Shown here: piece by piece, positions 61,236 to 64,000 of the stretch
Position numbering within the stretch: position 1 is the stretch's first letter
Layout: each line of letters starts with the position of its first letter
Origin: Sporopachydermia quercuum
Taxonomy: Eukaryota
Assembly (NCBI GenBank): GCA_001599295.1
Contig: BCGN01000001.1
Location: 1,178,001 to 1,242,000 of the forward strand
DNA: 64,000 nt
Direction of reading: 5' to 3'
Program-made: the position numbers and the translations under genes
The notes under the pieces: model-generated
The model's input: the letters and a program-made list of their open reading frames with translations, nothing else
What the model was told of the DNA's origin: nothing
The model's database searches: none

Positions 61236-64000
61236 TTTCGGTTTGCTGCTGTGATAACTATTCCCTATAGCAATATATGCTATAATGACGTGAACCCTGT
61301 TTGTTTCCAGTTATTTCTAAAAAGAGTTGTTAGTACTCCAATCAAATGGAACAATCCCATAAATCATCCATAAATCAATTCGGGTTTTACTCCCGTTAGA
61401 AATCAACAAAAGCATCATGAATTGTATATTGAAATACGTATTGTTCGGAATTTTGGTAGCATCTATTGCTATAATCAACATACCTATTCAACTTCTTATT
61501 TCCGCTTCACGCCAGCTAACACGTTAAACTGGGTATCAGAGATAAATTACTTCGCAATAATGTCAATAAATGATACCGTACTTTTTTCTATTGGCAGTAG
61601 TTTCCAAAGTTTGAACTAAGACCAATGGTATCAAATTGATCTCTATATCAAATCATTCAACTATCGAACGGCCTAATTCAATCAATTGCAATAGATATCC
61701 TACGCGAAGAACAGAGATCAAACGATCAAACGAAGAGACGATAATGAAAACAAGAAAAAGTAAACAACCTGTCGAATATCTCTGTCATCATACAAGCTGA
61801 AAATGAAAGAAATAAATAATAACGTTCTCGATTATATAATAAAAGGAGCGAAAAAATAGCTTTAACACAGCTTTGAAGCCAAATTACCCTTTCTGGAAAT
61901 AAAACATTAAGGTTTGGTGTAACATATAACAAAGTTTCGTTGAAAAAACTAAGTTAGGATAAAAGTTTATTAAAGTTGAAACATCGTTCCTCCAACTTCA
62001 GCTTTTTCAATCCAGTCTATCCTACTCTTGATGATACATAACAATGCAGTGATTACCTATAGATTTGAATGAGAAAGAAAGAAAAAAAAAAAAGATAAAT
62101 CTCATTTCTATTATTTCTATTTCTTTTTTATTGTTACTATCAAGCAAAAATTGTTGGACTTGTACAAGAGAAATCCATGCTTGATAGAAGTTTTGATACT
62201 TGAATATAGTATTTGATTCGTAGTTATGTCGTTATCGTCTTTAGAGTTTATGTATTTTCATATCGTAGCGATAAAAAATGAATATCAAAAAACAAAGCAG
62301 TACTTGATAAACTTGTAGAATACACAGTGAAAGGAGAATTATGAGCAAGCTAGTTAGTCCGGCCAAGGTAATGTTGGCATTATGGTTTCTTGTGGAATGA
62401 AGCTTCCATTCACTGTCTAGAATGGTATCGATAATTGTATAGACAAGAACCATGAAAACTCCTCTCAATTTATTCAAGCCCCCCTGCGAATTGATCGACA
62501 ATATTTTAATTAATGTGTGAAATAAAAAAGTTTGAGGTGCTAACGATGATTGGATGAGTGTATAGGCATAGGTATGGTATATCAAATATATCATGATACA
62601 ACTTAGTTAACCCCTGCTAGGAAATGTTTTATTGATTCAAACTGTACGTTTTTACTGTGTGAAAAATGGAAAGCATATTTTCGTAGAATCACAGACACAC
62701 TGTTTTGATTTCTCTACTATAAGTCAACCGTAATTGATTTATTCAGTCAAGTGTTTCCTAGATGTGAAAGATGAAAAGTGAACTTCTTAGCTCATTCTAC
62801 TCAATCTGGAAGCTTTCTATCTTTGTCTAATTCTTAAATCAACCATTGGAATTTTGATAATCGAATAGTCAACCCAAGTCGTTTGAGCATAATAACCACC
62901 TGCTTCTTTCTACTACTCCTACAACGTCACAGAATTTATCAGAGAATAATAGAACTCAGTAAATCTATAACCATTGTTGTACATCTCATAGAACTTATTC
63001 GGACTCGTACTTTGATGAAAGAGTAACCTCTCTTAAACTTAATTATAGTTGGAATTTGTTTATTCTTCTTTCCCTTCCAAGCAAAGTTCACACTCAATTT
63101 AGAGAAAATATCGAAAATGTTTCAAATTTGTTTTACTTTTAACTTTACTTTAGCGAGCGCGTTCAATAGCAAGTCTAATATGGTAGCTACATGACAATGC
63201 ATAGGATACGCGTCAAAAAATGAAAGTTGTGATTAAATACGAGAAAAATGAGTTTGATTTTATGGGAACAAAGAGTTATTGAAATGGTAGAATGAAATCA
63301 TCTGCTAATTCAAAATTTTAGTCAACGCGTTTTTTCTTCCGTTTCAATTCCACCACGCCAAAGGAAATGGAACGAAATGGAACTTCTTTTCATAAATTAG
63401 GAATTATTAAAAGGTGCAAGTAGCTTTCAAAATGCAAAGTGCCAATCCATGATGATCCATTTTTGACTTATTTGTCATTTAATATGTCAAACTCCTAAAT
63501 CGATCGCTTTGGTAAACAACCTGTTTTGGTTGCAGGCTGTCACTTTGAAGAGATCATTAGGACTTGAAATGTGTCGATCCTATTGTAGAAGTTTGGTGCT
63601 TTAAGGTTTTGGATCTTCTCATAGTAAATCCAGCTGTATTGAAATTAATGTGGAAAGAACATCAATAAAAATAGCTTAGAATATTCCAAATCAGAATTGA
63701 GTTTTAAAGTTCGTACTAGGTGGTGGCCTTTTTTAACCTTAATTGACTTTTCAGAACTTTATTTGTCACATTATGAGCTTCCTTGCCCTTAGTCTTAGTT
63801 GACTTTAGCCCATAATAGTCCTATGAGTAGGGTGGTACTTCCAAATCGACTTAACTCGAAAGGAAAAACATAAGAGAGAAGAAAAGAGGTATTTGTAGAA
63901 GTCAATCGGTATTATCATCAATTGGATGATTCCACTACGCTTCAGCATCAATGAATATTCAAGTCAAGCCTTTTTTTGCGGTGGTCATTTCAACATCCAA

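Overview
AT-rich eukaryotic (fungal) chromosome segment from a relatively intron-rich budding yeast (Saccharomycotina-like: TACTAAC branchpoints, GTAWGT/GTACGT donors, CUG read as Leu, scattered N ambiguity bases suggesting a heterozygous consensus). It holds 20 recognisable protein-coding genes: Bul1-like adaptor, F-box/LRR protein, two tandem divergent RAP1-like genes, ALG14, TPI1, SLM1-like, WSC sensor, GAS4, KduD-like SDR, SSL1, a Whi5/Stb1-like regulator, SCS2, MAP2, DES1, EHD3, UBP14, ARO3, GCN20, a Yro2/Hsp30-like opsin-related protein, a pyruvate dehydrogenase kinase and a Pxl1-like LIM protein. I reconstructed 13 spliceosomal introns by hand. Most notable: (1) the sporulation-type GAS4 gene has three introns with deviant 5' splice sites, each followed by a TACC motif resembling the Mer1 meiotic splicing enhancer, while none of the 10 consensus-donor introns has it, suggesting developmentally regulated splicing; (2) a tandem pair of Rap1 paralogues, one with two internally duplicated Myb-like repeats and one with a single Myb and an S/T-Q cluster; (3) two 27-bp perfectly symmetric N-containing palindromes. 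No tRNA, rRNA, transposon or CRISPR could be supported.
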